This document shows, piece by piece, positions 63,463-64,000 of a DNA stretch of 64,000 nt. The position numbers and the translations under genes were made by a program. Position 1 is the stretch's first letter. Every line of letters starts with the position of its first letter. A model generated the notes under the pieces. That model had not been told where the DNA came from. It made no database searches and saw only the letters and a program-made list of their open reading frames with translations. Origin of the DNA: Saccostrea echinata (taxonomy: Eukaryota); the NCBI RefSeq assembly GCF_033153115.1, contig NW_026889778.1:16926001-16990000 (forward strand), written 5' to 3'.

Positions 63463-64000
63463 TTATCTAGCTTCCACACATATTTTATATCCTTTTGGAG
63501 AGTAACTTGCACCCTGCTCCCCTTCGAAATCGTATTTCTCATGTTCAGGTTTGTATAACTTACAATTTTGAAGCAAAGTGGTCACCAGGTAAAACACCTC
63601 AGCTTGTGCTATCAATTTGCCAATACAGACGCGTCGTCCTGCGCTAAATGCAAGTACATTGTCAACTTTTTCTTTTATCAGACTCCCATTATCATCCAGA
63701 AATCGTTCAGGTTGGAACTCATCAGGATTACCCCAGAACTCATCATACATAACCGAGAAAATGTTAAAGTAAACAACTGTCCCTTTTGCTATCTTGGTAT
63801 TTTTTACGATTACGTCGGTAGTCGTTATATGTGGTAATCCCAGTGGAACAACTGGCGCTATTCTCATGATCTCCAAAATGACTGCCTCAGTATATGATAG
63901 AACGCGACGATCCTTCAGAGATATGATTTTGTTTCGTCCAATTTTTTCGTCTATTTCTTTCTGTATTTTTATCTGAATATCTTGATATTCAGCAAGGTAC
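63463..64000 (-). CDS. CYP1-like P450, copy 2, C-terminal part (continues beyond window)
   Basis: Identical to 24407..24944. Confidence 0.92.
   Translation of the reverse strand, partial: YLAEYQDIQIKIQKEIDEKIGRNKIISLKDRRVLSYTEAVILEIMRIAPVVPLGLPHITTTDVIVKNTKIAKGTVVYFNIFSVMYDEFWGNPDEFQPERFLDDNGSLIKEKVDNVLAFSAGRRVCIGKLIAQAEVFYLVTTLLQNCKLYKPEHEKYDFEGEQGASYSPKGYKICVEAR

Larger units (their letters stand above)
39061..64000 (+). repeat. Segmental direct duplication, copy 2 (extends right of window)
   Basis: Matches 1..24944 almost base for base. Confidence 0.97.

Overview
AT-rich, repeat-dense animal genomic DNA, most likely an oyster-like bivalve (inferred from a Cg170/HINE-type repeat, Deu/Nin-domain SINEs and Naiad-like Penelope relics). 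The window is a near-perfect ~39.06-kb direct duplication (1..24944 = 39061..64000) with a 162-N gap at 32854..33015 between the copies. Each copy holds an intact Ngaro-type tyrosine-recombinase (YR) retrotransposon (gag, RT/RNase H, YR, 3' split direct repeats), an intact PIF/Harbinger transposon, SINEs, MITEs and a single-coding-exon CYP1-like P450 (partial in copy 2). The single-copy middle holds a P450 pseudogene fragment, a Penelope-like RT relic, a 5'-truncated second P450 and a 2.06-unit array of a ~1.43-kb non-coding repeat just upstream of the retrotransposon. The most unusual signal is in that repeat. Each unit has a complete hammerhead ribozyme core (GUC, CUGAUGA-G, C-GAAA) with perfect 7-bp stem I and 9-bp stem III, but the three strands lie in a non-cyclic, pseudoknotted order that fits none of types I/II/III. 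This suggests a retrozyme-like system able to release a 1431-nt monomer. Also predicted: the ATG-less YR is expressed as an in-frame spliced fusion with the NLS-bearing gag N-terminus.
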